Assembly: GCA_038058635.1 (NCBI GenBank)
Contig: JBBUAP010000001.1
Location: forward strand, 295,877 to 359,876
Direction: 5' to 3'
Length of the DNA stretch: 64,000 nt
Source of the DNA: Patescibacteria group bacterium
Lineage (GTDB): Bacteria > Patescibacteriota > UBA1384 > 2-12-FULL-50-11
Shown here: in pieces, positions 46,520 through 54,720 of the stretch
How the letters are laid out: every line of letters starts with the position of its first letter
Position numbering within the stretch: the stretch's first letter is position 1
Made by a program: the position numbers and the translations under genes
Notes under the pieces: model-generated
What the model was told of the DNA's origin: nothing
Databases searched by the model: none
Seen by the model: the letters and a program-made list of their open reading frames with translations, nothing else

Positions 46520-47239
46520 CTAGTAGCCGTCAAAATCTTCGGATTTTATCTGGCCCTCGGGCACGCCGAGCTTTTTGGCCAAGGCGATCATCGCCGATAC
46601 TAAATCTGGTGGTCCAGCGGTGTAGAAAACACTTTCAGCCGGATTCTTGACGAATTTCTTAACAATGTCTACATCGATCCGACCGGTTTCACCGATCCAA
46701 TCTTTTGGCGAGGTATCAGTGTATGACGGGATATAGTGAAGGTTAGGGTTGACTCTGGCAGACTCTTTCAATTCAACTTGGTAGGCGGCAGTTTTTGGCG
46801 AGGCGTTGGCATAGAACAGATATATTTCGCGTTTCTCACTAGTCTCCTTGAGCTCGTCGATCATACTCATGAATGGAGTGATTCCGATGCCGCCAACAAG
46901 GAAAACAGCCGGCTTGGTTGCATCTTGACGTAGGGTCATCCGGCCCATCGGCTCTTTGAGCTTAATTGTGGTGCCGAGCGGCATTTCTTTCAGCCAATTC
47001 TTAAAAGCCGTATTGCGCATTCGAGTGGCGATGACGACTTTCTTTTCACCGGGGGCGTTGACGAAAGAAAATGTCCGAATATTACCCTCGGAATCGGTAT
47101 AAGGCGGGTCGATCAAGGTGAAATCGGTATGTTGACCGGCCTTGAACTGGTAGACACTTTCGCCAGTATCAAAGGTAAACTCCATTGTCTCTTCGGCAAT
47201 TTCCCGACGATTCGTTAAGGTCATTAAATAATCCATCAA
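46520..47239 (-). CDS. FAD/NAD(P)-binding ferredoxin reductase-like oxidoreductase
   Basis: FKAGQ, RTFSF, GGIGITPF, AGPP, EDFDGY. Confidence 0.92.
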   Translation of the reverse strand: MMDYLMTLTNRREIAEETMEFTFDTGESVYQFKAGQHTDFTLIDPPYTDSEGNIRTFSFVNAPGEKKVVIATRMRNTAFKNWLKEMPLGTTIKLKEPMGRMTLRQDATKPAVFLVGGIGITPFMSMIDELKETSEKREIYLFYANASPKTAAYQVELKESARVNPNLHYIPSYTDTSPKDWIGETGRIDVDIVKKFVKNPAESVFYTAGPPDLVSAMIALAKKLGVPEGQIKSEDFDGY

Positions 47240-47282
47240 CCCATCGTTAACCGATTTGGCGTCAACTGCAAGTTCTTATTGC

Positions 47283-47532
47283 GGGCTTGGCGGGAGCGTA
47301 TTCGCACCCTGTTAGCAGGTTTGTCCGAAGACGACCGGCGTTTCGTGGACGCAACTCCCTTTGACAGCAACCCAGACTCTTCGAAGAATGGAGGAGTAGC
47401 ATGAACAAGGCGAACCATTCCGACTTGACCGCATTCTATCAACACATCTCCGAGATGGGCAGACTGGAGATTGCCAAGCGACGAGCCCAGGGCGAAACGA
47501 TTGGTCAGGCACCACTGGGGTTCCGTAAAGTC
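47283..47532 (+). repeat. Direct repeat copy 1 (att junction, displaced recombinase tail, start of RD-only gene)
   Basis: About 250 bp closely similar to 48439-48682, starting GGGCTTGGCGGGAGCG. Confidence 0.92.
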
Positions 47533-47790
47533 CAAGTGAGCGGCAAATCTACTATCGCGCCAGATCCAGAAACCTTCCCGCTGTTGGTGCTGGCACTGCA
47601 GATGCGCCAAGACGGTAGCACGCTCAGGGAGGTTTGTGCGTTCACGGCAAAAAAGGGCTTGCGGTCTAAACGCGGCAAGGTCATCGGGCTGTCGAGCATG
47701 CTGAAGATACTAAGTCGAGTTACTTGCGAAACTCCAAAATCAAGCGTGGTCGGCCAGCCCAATCTCTGCAGAATACTCTCCAGTTCTTGA
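47401..47790 (+). CDS. Recombinase DNA-binding-domain-only protein (no catalytic domain)
   Basis: GETIGQAPLGF...PDPETFPLL...GSTLREV...KGLRSKRG...SSMLKIL resembles the recombinase domain of large serine recombinases; GGAGG SD; last ~70 nt overlap the methyltransferase. Confidence 0.75.
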   Translation: MNKANHSDLTAFYQHISEMGRLEIAKRRAQGETIGQAPLGFRKVQVSGKSTIAPDPETFPLLVLALQMRQDGSTLREVCAFTAKKGLRSKRGKVIGLSSMLKILSRVTCETPKSSVVGQPNLCRILSSS

Positions 47791-48388
47791 TACCGGCCAC
47801 TTTGCAGAGCCGTTCATAGCTCTTCTCGTCATGCAAGAAGTGTGGGTTTGATTGGCCCTCCACAACGTCGTTTGAGATCCGGCCTTCCGGCCCGGATCGA
47901 GTCCCGCTGGTAATTTCGGCCTCACTTGCCGGTTGATAGGTCATACTCTCTACCAAGGCAAACCCGTTAGGCCGGATTACCCGAAACATTTCTCTCAGAG
48001 CTTGCCGCTGCTCGGTTCCTCCAAGCAACTCGCTGAAAGCCGACCACAGACATATTGCTGCGTCGAAAGAGTTCTCGCTGTATGGCAGTTGAGTCATCGA
48101 ACCCAAATCGAAAATGCTCGAGAGCTTTTCCTTGCGTACAGTTATCCTGGCCCGCTCGATTAGCTTCTTCGAGAGATCTATCCCAGTTACGTGATATCCG
48201 TCTTTAGCAAGGAGAATTGCAATCCGACCATAGCCGCAGCCTACGTCCAGCACGTCAGCATGGGGTGTCAGCATGGCTTTGATAATATTCGCCGTTGCCT
48301 TATCCCAGTCTGGACGACTCCGGGAAGCAAGTATGTCCGGTCCGATCGTGTTGTAGAAGTCTCTGTTGATCTGTTCGGAGTCCGCCAT
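47720..48388 (-). CDS. Class I SAM-dependent methyltransferase
   Basis: VLDVGCGYGR, VTGIDLS, LPYSENSFDA, EMFRVIRPNG. Confidence 0.92.
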   Translation of the reverse strand: MADSEQINRDFYNTIGPDILASRSRPDWDKATANIIKAMLTPHADVLDVGCGYGRIAILLAKDGYHVTGIDLSKKLIERARITVRKEKLSSIFDLGSMTQLPYSENSFDAAICLWSAFSELLGGTEQRQALREMFRVIRPNGFALVESMTYQPASEAEITSGTRSGPEGRISNDVVEGQSNPHFLHDEKSYERLCKVAGIKNWRVFCRDWAGRPRLILEFRK

Positions 48389-48438
48389 GGCAACAATCTA
48401 CCATAAAGGAAGTTCTTTATATATGTGTTCACTTTGGT

Positions 48439-48682
48439 GGGCTTGGCGGGAGCGCATTCGCACCCTGTTAGCAGGTTTGTCCGAAGACGACCGGCGTTTC
48501 GCGGATGCAACTCCTTTTGACAGCATCCCAGACTCTTCGAAGAATGGAGGAGTAGCATGAGCAAGCAGAGCGATCTTACTGCCTTCTACCAAACCATCTC
48601 CGAGATGGGCAGGCTGGAGATTGCCAGGAGGCGAGCCGAAGGGGAGACAATTGGTCCGGCACCACTGGGGTTTCGAAAGGTC
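48439..48682 (+). repeat. Direct repeat copy 2
   Basis: Homologous to 47283-47532. Confidence 0.92.
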
Positions 48683-48754
48683 GTGGTGGTCGGCGCCCGA
48701 CACGTGGCCCAAGATTCCCCAACCGGTTGCTCCCCCGTTGCTCCCCACGGGTAA
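48557..48754 (+). pseudogene. Truncated second copy of the RD-only gene
   Basis: Matches the 47401 protein to GFRKV..G, then diverges and stops. Confidence 0.75.
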
Positions 48755-48804
48755 ATCGCAAAGCCCAATGAGACACTCCAAAAGCCGATTTTGAACCTAA
48801 AACC

Positions 48805-48849
48805 TGGAGCCGATGAGCGGATTTGAACCGCTGACCTGCTGTTTACAAA
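48805..48849 (-). other. 3' half of tRNA-Thr(TGT) with CCA; att-like relic
   Basis: Minus strand TTTGTAAACAGCAGGTCAGCGGTTCAAATCCGCTCATCGGCTCCA; no 5' half present. Confidence 0.85.
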
Positions 48850-49189
48850 CCACCGGCAAGCATGCCCGGCGGGGTAGGTCCTGGTTCCTCAGAGGTCCTT
48901 CGAGACCCCCAGATCATTGTTGGGAGTATTGCATCCAATATGTCAGGCGACACCGACAAACGAAACCGGACTGGCAGACGCCTCGGTCGTGAAGTCCAAG
49001 AATCTCAGAATCCAGTCGCCCCGATGAAAGACGGGGAGACACGGGCTGGGCCCCAAGCCCGAAGGGTCGATAATGGGAAACCTCGCATCGGCGAGGGCAG
49101 ACATCGGAAAGAACCAGGCCTCGAAGGGAGGACATCAATCCCACACGTAACGTTCGTCGAACACGACTCTAGCCTCCCGAGGGAGCGCT

Positions 49190-50413
49190 CTAGTCAGCCG
49201 GTCTAGCGCCCGTGAGCCCAAAGAGGATCGCACCCGGCCTGTCAGCCGCATCCAACCGCCGCGCAATCTCCAAAGCACCCCAAATGGCATAGGCGGACTC
49301 GGGAGCAGGGGCAATATGCTCACATTCTTCAAAGAGTGCGGCCGCACTCTTCGCTTCCCTGAGCGAGCACGTTAGGCTTGTTAGCCTACCCCTTGACGCG
49401 AGCTCAACGAGCAGAGGAGTCGTGACAGGATACGAGAGACCGGGCGCCCAAGTTTCTTCAGAACTCTTGATGCCCTTGGCATCCGGAAGGCAGGTTGTTA
49501 AACTCCGATATAGCGGACCTTGAGACCCAAACGTACGAACGGGTTTTATGTCGCGGTGTCCAAGTTTATGAGCGTGGTCCGGCTCCACCGCCACAAACTC
49601 GGGGGCCGCAACGTCTCCGCCAACGGGATGATCCAACAAGAAGGGCAGCACCATGCCTCCAAAATTGGTGCCGCCACCACAGCAGCCTACAATCGCATCG
49701 GGAACAACAGACATGCTTGCAAGCTGCTCCTTGGACTCCTGCCCGATTACACTATTAAAACCAACAACAGAATTCAGGAAACAGCCAACTGCGAATCTCG
49801 CCCTCCGCTCCACTAACAGATCCAGGCTTGGTCGGACTTCTGATGCCTCTATGACTCCACCCCATCTATGCACCTGCTCCAGCAACTGCTTGCGACTTGC
49901 CAACAGTGCTTGGGGGGCCATGATCGTGGCCCTGATGCCAAATTGGGCGCAAGCCCATGCTACCGCCACACCCCAATAACCGGAGAGTGTAAAGGCTATC
50001 AACTCCTGAATACCCTCTTGCTTCGCAAACCAGGCTTGCGCTAAGGCCGCGTTGGCCTTGTAGCTGTGCACGGGCGATGCGGTTTCGTCCTTGAACAGGA
50101 TCGTGCTTCGAATGCCAAGAGACCGGCACAGTGTCTTCGCTTCACGTAATGGCGTCGGCCGCCAATCAGCGAGCATTCTGTGCAGGTCGCCGGGAATCTG
50201 TCTTCGCTCCGACCCAACCTCAAGCTGCCAAGCTCCATCCACCAGGATCTTCGCGTGTTGCCCTGGGTCATATCGCTCCGTACACTCCCCGTCTATCCAA
50301 GGTCCCAACTTTAGAACTCCTGGCCACTCTCCAGGAACGCGCCAGCATATCGGAACCCCGATCGTCCGCGCTCGAGTGTCTAAGGGCGATCCACTGTTCA
50401 TTTTCACAAGCAT
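49190..50413 (-). CDS. Divergent TrpB2-like PLP-dependent enzyme
   Basis: KDETASPVHSYKANAALAQAWF, VGCCGGGTNFGG, FVAVEP, PAPESAYAI. Confidence 0.82.
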   Translation of the reverse strand: MLVKMNSGSPLDTRARTIGVPICWRVPGEWPGVLKLGPWIDGECTERYDPGQHAKILVDGAWQLEVGSERRQIPGDLHRMLADWRPTPLREAKTLCRSLGIRSTILFKDETASPVHSYKANAALAQAWFAKQEGIQELIAFTLSGYWGVAVAWACAQFGIRATIMAPQALLASRKQLLEQVHRWGGVIEASEVRPSLDLLVERRARFAVGCFLNSVVGFNSVIGQESKEQLASMSVVPDAIVGCCGGGTNFGGMVLPFLLDHPVGGDVAAPEFVAVEPDHAHKLGHRDIKPVRTFGSQGPLYRSLTTCLPDAKGIKSSEETWAPGLSYPVTTPLLVELASRGRLTSLTCSLREAKSAAALFEECEHIAPAPESAYAIWGALEIARRLDAADRPGAILFGLTGARPAD

Positions 50414-50415
50414 AT

Positions 50416-51279
50416 CTACAAAAACTCTATTTGACCAGCATCACAAGATACTAAAGCAGGATGCCTCTTGGGAAGCGAAGTGAACCATTCTTCTAGTAAC
50501 CGCTCGAAATCCACCTTTTGCATCTTCGGTCCCCACAAACCGGCACCCCCGGAACTTAGCTCGTAGGCTCTTTTGTAAGTTTCCGCGGTAAGACGATCGA
50601 CTACGCTTTGAAGAGTTCCGGCTGCCCCACAATACGACTTCAATAAGGCAATCAAGACAACCTCAGCTTCGTTACGTCCCTCGCGCCATTTATCGAACAC
50701 GCCGACATAAAACGCAGCCCCTGCAGGATCAGGATCCCAATATTGCCATCCGACAGTCTCTTCTCTGGATCCAGAAGGCGGAGCACCAGCAATGAGCACT
50801 CTATCATCGCTGACTGAAAACCGAATAGGAAGATCCTGAATCGCCCAAAAGCGTATTTTTCCCGGGTTAGGTGCGTTTCGTACGTACATGAAATGCAAAC
50901 GCCAAAGGAGGTGCGGAAACATAGCGTCCAACGCAACCGGCCCGCAAAAGTCTGATTCCACACCATTGCGCAGGATTGCTGACATCGCTTCCTCCATCTC
51001 GCTTGAAACCCACCAAACCCGCGCTACCGATACTACGCGTTTCCTAGCGGAGACATATAACTCCATAGCTTGACGCAAGTAGAATCGCAGGCCCTGGAAC
51101 TGCTGAAACTCGGCGAGGAACTGCTTGTACTCTTTCCTGGCGACGCTCAAATCGTCCTTGACAAGTCTAATCTCCCTTAACACGGCGAGCATATCCACTC
51201 TTGCTCTCAAATACAACCACACCGTGAGCAGGAGGGATAGGATCGAGGAAAGTGACGCGATAATTACAAAGACTTCCAT
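50416..51279 (-). CDS. Hypothetical protein with N-terminal TM and coiled coil
   Basis: GAGGA SD before MEVFVII; IRFSVSDDRVLI is weakly PLD/TrmB-like. Confidence 0.65.
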   Translation of the reverse strand: MEVFVIIASLSSILSLLLTVWLYLRARVDMLAVLREIRLVKDDLSVARKEYKQFLAEFQQFQGLRFYLRQAMELYVSARKRVVSVARVWWVSSEMEEAMSAILRNGVESDFCGPVALDAMFPHLLWRLHFMYVRNAPNPGKIRFWAIQDLPIRFSVSDDRVLIAGAPPSGSREETVGWQYWDPDPAGAAFYVGVFDKWREGRNEAEVVLIALLKSYCGAAGTLQSVVDRLTAETYKRAYELSSGGAGLWGPKMQKVDFERLLEEWFTSLPKRHPALVSCDAGQIEFL

Positions 51280-51352
51280 AGCGTCCTCTTGCGAACAATA
51301 ATTGACATATCGACCCCTGAAATGGACATGATGGCGCTTGACCTGAACATCA

Positions 51353-52114
51353 TTACATGCCCTGCCAGTGAATGAAACGACGCTCGAGGAATGTGATAAT
51401 CCGGTTGAGCAGGAGCCCGATAACACCTATAACAACAATAGCTACCCACATATCGGGAACTCGATATGCGAAGCGCGAATCCTGGATGCGTTGGCCGAGA
51501 CCGCCGACTCCTCCGCCGAGCATCTCAGTAACGACAATCAGGACTAGTGAATTTGAAAGGGAAAGGCGTGCTGCGGAGAGCAGGGGCGACGACATCTCCC
51601 AGGCAATGACCTTGGTAAATACGATCCAGGGACCAGCGCCGAGTGTCTTAAGATAAGCCTCTCGCTGAGGTCGGCAAGCGCGCACCCCGTAGATAATATT
51701 GATGACGAAAATCATGGCACAGCCGAAGGCCGCTGCCGCGACCTGGGAACCACTCCCTATTCCTAGCCATAAGACAAAAGCTGGAAAAAGCGCTGAGACG
51801 GGTATGGAACGAGCAAAGTCGACCGGCAACTCAAATGCGTCAGACAGCCAGTTAATGCGACCCAATAGTAGGCCCAGGGGGACACCGATGCCAAATCCTA
51901 GGGCGAAGGCGAGCGCTGCCTTACCCAGAGTGCTTCCAGTATCCTCCCAAAAAGTCGAGGATCGCAAGTTTTCAATAAGCGCTTCCATCCATTCTACTGG
52001 AGCGGCAAGCACGTACGTTGCGTTAGGAAAGAGAATAGGAAGCAAGAGCCACAAGAAAAAGAGAATCAAAAGCCCGGCAATCCGAAGAGGCAAAGCCCGC
52101 AATCCAGTCCGCAA
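51353..52114 (-). CDS. ABC transporter permease, NitT/TauT (SsuC) family
   Basis: GVPLGLLLG, RSIPVSALFP, LWLGIG, IVVTEML..GLG. Confidence 0.9.
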   Translation of the reverse strand: MRTGLRALPLRIAGLLILFFLWLLLPILFPNATYVLAAPVEWMEALIENLRSSTFWEDTGSTLGKAALAFALGFGIGVPLGLLLGRINWLSDAFELPVDFARSIPVSALFPAFVLWLGIGSGSQVAAAAFGCAMIFVINIIYGVRACRPQREAYLKTLGAGPWIVFTKVIAWEMSSPLLSAARLSLSNSLVLIVVTEMLGGGVGGLGQRIQDSRFAYRVPDMWVAIVVIGVIGLLLNRIITFLERRFIHWQGM

Positions 52115-52508
52115 CTTTGCTGAGAGGGAGATCTACTTCTGAGGAGCTAAGAAGGTCCCGGACTTGACTCTCAGCCTCGGAGACTGGCACATGGCGGAGT
52201 TCCAGCGGAAGCCTCAAGTTGCCTAAATTCGAACGCCAAGGAAGGAGAGTTTGCCTATAATCCTGAAATAGATAGCCTACGCTGTCGCCGCTCAACGGGC
52301 TCCCAGCAAGCAAGACTTCTCCACTCTTCGGCTTGATGAGCCCCGCTACAGTGTTCAGGATCGTTGTCTTGCCTGACCCGTTCATTCCAAGCAGTACGCC
52401 AACGGACGACGCGGGCACGTTGAAGTTAATGTCGGCAACAACACTGCTACCGTTGCTGTAAGAAACCTCGAGGTTTGAAACCGTCAGGCTATCCAGAAGG
52501 GAGCTCAT
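52115..52508 (-). pseudogene. ABC ATP-binding protein, C-terminal half deleted
   Basis: Walker A GMNGSGKT and Q-loop GYLFQD present; signature and Walker B absent. Confidence 0.82.
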
Positions 52509-52790
52509 GGGGATTTACCCAGAACTAGCTGCTGAACGTCAATCGTACCTTTTAGCTCTCCGTTTAGACGGAGCAACTCTGCAAACTTGTTCACCAGAGT
52601 CGTGTCTATTCGTGCACCAATCCGGTAAGCTGCATGTCAGAACGAAGTTCGATTAGCTCCGCGTCCTTTGGAAGCTGAAGCTCTGGGCGAAGACCCAAGC
52701 GTGCGTATAGCCGCATTGTTGAGCCTGGAAATGTCCCGATTCGCTTTCCTTTGAGTTGTGCAACTCGTTGGATGTCGCCAAGTCCACGAT
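52505..52790 (-). pseudogene. Fragments of an NMT1/SsuA-type substrate-binding protein
   Basis: QLKGKRIGTFPGST segment, plus an out-of-frame C-terminus (NKFAELLRLNGELKGTIDVQQLV) ending in an ATGA overlap with the ATPase. Confidence 0.7.
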
Positions 52791-52995
52791 CAGCCATCTC
52801 ATCCGCGGGCTGGGCAATCCCATGTATATCACGGCTCGCCGCGTCGTCAAGTGTCTGGAGCATCACCTTGGTCGCAGACTCCACCCCGACGAGGTGTTCT
52901 CGCCCGATGGGATGTATCCCACGTCGTCGGTCTGCAGTCTCTGTGGCTGCCACGGCTGCCTGCCGGATTGCATTTTTAACGACGACGGCTCTTGA
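52768..52995 (+). pseudogene. Fragment of an XRE-HTH protein with Cys-rich tail
   Basis: DVAKSTISHLIRG..NP...CSLCGCHGCLP; first helices are missing. Confidence 0.6.
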
Positions 52996-54445
52996 CGTAG
53001 TCGCTGAACTGACCGAAGCGCACTCCGCCAAAGCGCCCGGGACACGTCCGGTCTTTGCTGACCTACTCGCCCGGATCGAGCGAGGCGAAGCCGAAGGGAT
53101 CGTCTGCTGGAGTATCAACCGACTGGCCCGCAATCCCGTCGATTCTGGTCAGTTGAGCTGGCTCTTGCAGCGAGGGGTGCTCAAGTCCATCCGAACCATC
53201 GATCGAGAATATCTGCCGGAAGACAATGTCCTGCTGATGGCGGTCGAATCAGGCGTTGCCAACCAATACATCCTCGATCTGCGCAAAGCCGTCATCCGCG
53301 GCATGGAAGGCAAAGCCGCCCGAGGCTGGATTCCCAATCGACCTCCCCAAGGGTACGGCGTCAATCCGCTGACCAAGGAGATCGATCCCATAGAGCCGCA
53401 GTTCCAACTTCTTCGACAGGCCTGGGACTTGCTTCTAACGGGCGCCTACACGGTGCCCCAGATACGATCAAGGCTACGAACCTGGGGCTACACCTATGGG
53501 AAGCCCGGCGCACCGGCTAAACCCCTGTTCACCGAATCCCACCTCTACCGAATCTTTGACAACCGCTTCTATTGTGGCACCTTCACCTTTCGCGGCCAGA
53601 CCTACCAAGGCCGGCACCGGCTGATGGTCAGCCCAGAGGAATTTGATCGGGCCCAGCGGATCTTGCACAAAGACAACCGCATCCAGCCCCAGAAGCGTGA
53701 ATTCCCTTTCACCGGCCTCATCCGTTGCGGGCGCTGCGGTTGCCTGGTGACCGCCGAACGCAAGATCAAACACTACAAAACGACCGCCCGAACCGCGGCC
53801 TATGAGTACTACCACTGCACCCACCGCAAGGGTGACTGCAAAGAGGTCAGCGTCACCGGCCCATACATCAACTCCACAATCGCCGGAAAGTTGGAGAGCG
53901 TCCTGATCGACCCGGAATTCGGCCAATGGCTTCTGAAGGCATTTGAGCGCGATTGGGACGAACAGCCTTCCGTTGACCCCAATTTGATCAAACAGCACCA
54001 AGAACACGTTCGTGCAACCGAACAGAAACTCGAACGATTGATCCAGCTTCGGCTGGCCCGGGAACTGGACGCCGAGGAGTTCAGCCGTATCAAAACCCAA
54101 ATTCAGGAAGAGCTGGCCGATGGCCGAAGACAGCTTGAGAGTTTGTCGAAGCGAGCCTCAACCGGGCGACGGGCTCTCATCAATGCCGTTCAGTTCAGCC
54201 TCAATGCTCCAAGGCATTTTGCCGCAAACGACATTCATCTGCAGAGATACGTCGCAACCAGGTTCGGCATTCGCTACGTTCTCACTCTGGGAAAGCTGGA
54301 AATCACACCGCATCCGCTGCTACCGAAATTGGCCGCGCTAGAACCTCCAAAATCGCCGCGCAATATGGTTGGAGCCGGGGCTTTGCGCCCCAACGCTCCC
54401 ATTGAGTGGTCCCAGCGGGAGTCGAACCCGCGATCTTCGCCATGA
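52991..54445 (+). pseudogene. Large serine recombinase lacking the catalytic N-terminus
   Basis: EAHSAK...RPVF...NRLARN, PPQGY, zinc ribbon CGRCG...YYHC, coiled coil; no YxRxS motif and no start codon at the junction. Confidence 0.85.
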
Positions 54446-54480
54446 AAAGGCGACGTCCTAGGCCACTAGACGATGGGACC
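54407..54480 (-). tRNA. tRNA-Glu(TTC)
   Basis: GGTCCCA/TGGGACC acceptor, TCGCC-TTTTCAT-GGCGA anticodon arm, GGTTCGACTCC. Confidence 0.96.
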
Positions 54481-54541
54481 ATATTTTTGCCCTAATACTT
54501 AACTAACTTACAGGTTTTTGCCACGGTTGGCCTGCGGCCAA

Positions 54542-54616
54542 GTCCTAGGCCATTGTCGCCCCTCGTGAACTCGGGGCTCGCTTGTCGCTCTGCAGCTCCA
54601 AGTAGACGATGGGACC
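54542..54616 (-). pseudogene. Duplicated 5' part of tRNA-Glu interrupted in the D-loop by a 50-nt module
   Basis: GGTCCCATCGTCTA-[50 nt]-TGGCCTAGGAC; both flanks identical to the neighbouring tRNA. Confidence 0.8.
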
Positions 54617-54720
54617 AATACGCCTATTTTACGAATTCTAATGAGTAAATCGAATTCGTACTCGAGTTCATTTTACCTTTAAAAATGCCGAGAAACAACG
54701 ATTCGGGGTATGATAAGAGC

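Larger units (their letters stand above)
47283..54409. mobile_element. Tandem, decayed serine-recombinase island at the 3' end of tRNA-Glu
   Basis: Two homologous left junctions (47283, 48439) and the right junction (54408-54409) share a GG core; recombinase gene abuts tRNA; cargo is fragmented. Confidence 0.82.

Noticed and set aside
47283-48682. Diversity-generating retroelement TR/VR pair
   Set aside because: Differences are not adenine-specific, many are synonymous, and there is no reverse transcriptase in the window.
48862-49206. 114-aa plus-strand ORF and overlapping minus-strand ORFs
   Set aside because: No motif, clear SD or protein-like composition; left uncalled.
52751-52990. N-terminal 80 aa of the 564-aa recombinase ORF
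   Set aside because: It is off-frame read-through of the HTH fragment and contains no YxRxS catalytic motif.
53474-54100. 208-aa antisense ORF and similar shadow ORFs across the window
   Set aside because: They lie opposite well-supported genes and show no independent signal.
54481-54616. Intron-containing second tRNA-Glu
   Set aside because: No anticodon arm, T-arm or 3' acceptor strand of its own follows the D-arm.
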